This document shows, piece by piece, positions 61,011 to 64,000 of a stretch of DNA of 64,000 nucleotides; position 1 is the first letter of the stretch; every line of letters begins with the position of its first letter. Position numbers and translations under genes: made by a program. Where the stretch lies: contig CM022665.1 of NCBI GenBank assembly GCA_012295275.1, positions 32,488,001-32,552,000 of the forward strand. The letters are read 5' to 3'. The notes under the pieces are model-generated. The model was not told the origin of the DNA. It did no database searches and saw nothing but the letters and a program-made list of their open reading frames with translations. This DNA is from Chrysomallon squamiferum (taxonomy: Eukaryota; Animalia; Mollusca).

Positions 61011-63351
61011 ATTCATAGACATCAGAGGCTCGAAATAATATCTTCTCAAAACGACACTCGTTTTGATCAGATACAATTTGGAAATTCATTTAATTTTCAT
61101 GTAATGTTTTTAAATCTAAAAATCTGATTTTACTGATTCAGACCATACTAACAAATTCCTACCATTATATACTAATGTATTTTATTTAATCGTGTAATTT
61201 CAATTTAACATTTGTTTAAGTTTTTGGCAGTGTATTGTGCTTTAGAGTCATGGCAGGCATGTATTTCGTTGCTCAAAGGTATTTTGTTAAATAATTATTA
61301 TCGTTTGGTCTGGAAAAACTTATAATCTGGAAAGGACCGGAACCAAGAATTCCCAATATCTGTGTCTGTGTTCTTAGTTCGCTTTTACGATGTGTTAATG
61401 CGCTATTTCGTTTTGCCAGCCACAACATTATTCCTTACAGTTATATTTTTGATCCACTGAATAGCTATGAAAATAAATATAATTAAGTTTTTGCATGCCG
61501 TTCAGATCTGATTAACCAGAACATTCGTGTAAATGTATCAATGGCATTTTCAGCATTCAGAACGCAAGACCTGCTATGGTTTATACAAATATCGCTATTT
61601 CTTTTCTCCGGATTTAACATTTTTTTCATGGTTATGTTGTTTGGTGACTTTTGACAATCAACTGGCTTAACAAACTAAAGTTCTCTATAGAGTTACATTT
61701 GTTGATTTGTAAAGCAATGTCTAAATTCCATTCTTCAGGGTATATAATTTCATATTTTATGAATATTATATTAAATACACATATAACCAAAGTACATTAC
61801 AAATGTGCATGATTACGTTTAATGATAAATGAAACGATGTAGAGGAAATTAAAAACATACAGTCCTTACCACCAGGGGAAAAAAAACATTTACGCGCTTG
61901 CATCCTAAGTCAGTTGCGTAATACAGTTCTGCATCAAGCCAGCGTTATGACTGCAGCGTTCATGATATAAATCTAAACAAAGTAAAAAGATATGTTATGA
62001 ATCTAAACATCAAAAACAGAAGCACAGTTTACTTTCCGGCCAGTGCTGTGAATTGTCTTAATGCGATTTCTATATCAAATAACGTGCTGTGGGGTAAGCA
62101 AGAAACGGTTTTGATGGTAAACACTGATTTTGATAAATTCTGTTTAAAACTGCGTCCCATTGTGGACAAGTGTCTTAACAGCCTGCTTTGTGTTCTGTCT
62201 GTGCTAGTGTAATAATAACAAATACTAAAAACAGATTCAATCTCCAGTCTTTTGTCTTTTGTTTGTTCACGCCCATTCTTCATCCGGCCTTATCATCAAA
62301 CATTTCCTGTTTTAACTAACGTTATGAATTACGTACATGGACGATGGAATAAAGTCCGCAAAATGCACGAAAGGTCGTGGGGTCATTACTGCTCACAGGA
62401 AAGGGAAGATATTACATAGATTGTCTGTGACGAGGGAAATGATTCCAAGTGAAATTACTGCTGCTTTTTCTAGCTATTAATTTGGTGTAAAGCATGACTA
62501 GCTAGCCGTATAATCTGATATGATTCACAAGTTAATGTAGATGGAGAAATCATAAACTTCTGATTAATTATTTTCCATATTTTATTACCGAAAAGGAGTA
62601 TTAAAGTGGAAACCGTTTATTGCAGTCGTTGAGTTTGGAAGTAGTAATCATGTGCAGTTGATAGAAAGATTAAAAATAACAGACTGACATTAAACATCAC
62701 TTTATTAAGTGTTACGAAATTCTGCAACAGTTAAATTCCTGTAAATAAAATAATTATATGTATTCGTCATCACAGTCAAATCATGATAAGCTACATTTAT
62801 TACCTCAGAAAGCTGCAATGTTAGACGCTCGTGTTCTTTGTAATAAATGAATCATTTTTAGAAAATAACAATAATGATGAAAATGATGATGATGATGATG
62901 ATAACGATAATGATAACTAATTATATAATATAATAATCAGAACAACAGCAGCAACAAAAATAAGAACACGATGAACAAGCAAACGAAGCAGCAACAACCA
63001 GAAACCAAATTATGCCATCGACATCAGTCTATTTTAAATTTTTCTTCAGTTAAAATGCAGTATAATTAAATAAAAGAAACAATCACATTCTCTGTGGAAC
63101 TGAAACTTCAATCTAATTACGGTTTCTCTTAATTTAACATCCTATGCACTGACATCATTTCATCTTTTATTCTGTCATAATCTCATTCATTTTTGCCTTT
63201 ATTCTGAAAGGAAAGTGATGAAAATCGAGTTAACAAACATTTTGAAGTCCTCAGAATTCACGTTTAAAGTGAAACGTATTGGTTTAAATTTCAGATGTAT
63301 AGAGTAAAGCGATTTGTTTTTATTTCACTTTATTATATGAGTTCATGGTTT

Positions 63352-63615
63352 GGCTTTTTGCTCAGAGGTTAGAGCGCAGGACTAAGATCAGATAGGTAGA
63401 AGGACCAACCGTAATCAGTAGGATCTTTGAGCTATTGCAAACAGCGCTCTTGTTGTTGTTTATTAGAATCCATATATGAACATGCCTTTGCTAGTGTTCG
63501 ACAGGAGAAGCTCATACGGTGGCATTAATGAGTTTCTTCTTTTATATTATCTTGATAGAAATAAATATATGTCTGATGCCTAATATAATCTTTCTTTAAA
63601 ATACGTACTTACATA
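63352..63615 (+). mobile_element. Degraded tRNA-derived SINE (MetaSINE-like)
   Basis: A tRNA A-box-like head GCTCAGAGGTTAGAGCGC (63360-63377) is followed by cctttgctagtgttcgacaggagaagctcatacggtggc...gagtttcttct, which is similar to the 60.8-kb copy. Confidence 0.45.
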
Positions 63616-64000
63616 CACTTTGTACATACAGCTTAAATACACACACATATGTGTGTGTGAGTGTGTGTGTGTGTGTGTGTGTGTCTAGCTATCTATATAT
63701 ACTTCTTCGCTGTTTTCTGAAATGGATGTTCAAACTGACAATTCCGACAATTTTGGGGGATATTTATTTCTAAAACTGAAAAATCATCATTGTCAAGAAA
63801 CTGTTCAAATAAAAGACCTCTTGTTGTTGTCTACCTACCACATCTACAAAATGTAATTCTGTATTTAAATTGTTGTCCGCATGTTAGCTTTTATCCATAA
63901 CACGGGAAAACCCTCGTTCATTTTTATTGAGCTGAAGCTCTCGACCATGGGAACATATACCAGAAATTCAATCATCGATATTTCAGCTTATATATATATA

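Noticed and set aside
63352-63440. tRNA gene
   Set aside because: Only an A-box-like segment is present, with no intact B-box or cloverleaf. A decayed SINE head explains it better.
63989-64000. (TA)n at both window ends, suggesting terminal repeats
   Set aside because: TA microsatellites are frequent throughout the window (for example ~3365, ~16510, ~59878), so this is probably coincidence or an assembly break.

Overview
AT-rich, intron-rich animal genomic DNA, most consistent with a mollusc, probably a gastropod (inferred from a Lustrin/WAP protein and the repeat types). I assembled three complete + strand genes by hand from splice sites and phase continuity. (1) MRPS31, mitochondrial ribosomal protein mS31: 8 exons, 508-7029, about 322 aa, with an internally deleted Sola2-like DNA transposon in intron 4. 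(2) An R3-subtype receptor tyrosine phosphatase: 26-27 exons, 9484-32145, about 1100 aa, with a signal peptide, about 5 FN3 domains, a TM-proximal domain, a TM helix and a single PTP domain carrying WKD in place of WPD. Its introns hold a pogo-type MITE, a MULE remnant and a Tigger remnant that sits in a CpG-retaining island just upstream of the catalytic exons. (3) A secreted protein of about 631 aa (34598-39132): an N-terminal 6-Cys module, one Lustrin Cys repeat, two WAP domains, 18 near-perfect copies of a 10-aa repeat ([A/T]GINNLPPVR) and a third WAP domain. This is the most novel-looking item. A 5'-truncated CR1/L2-group LINE follows it. The last ~23 kb has no recognisable exons and looks like CpG-retaining non-coding DNA with enhancer-like patches, paired CTCF-like motifs, degraded SINEs and microsatellites. 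By eye, CpG frequency rises sharply at about 33.9 kb.
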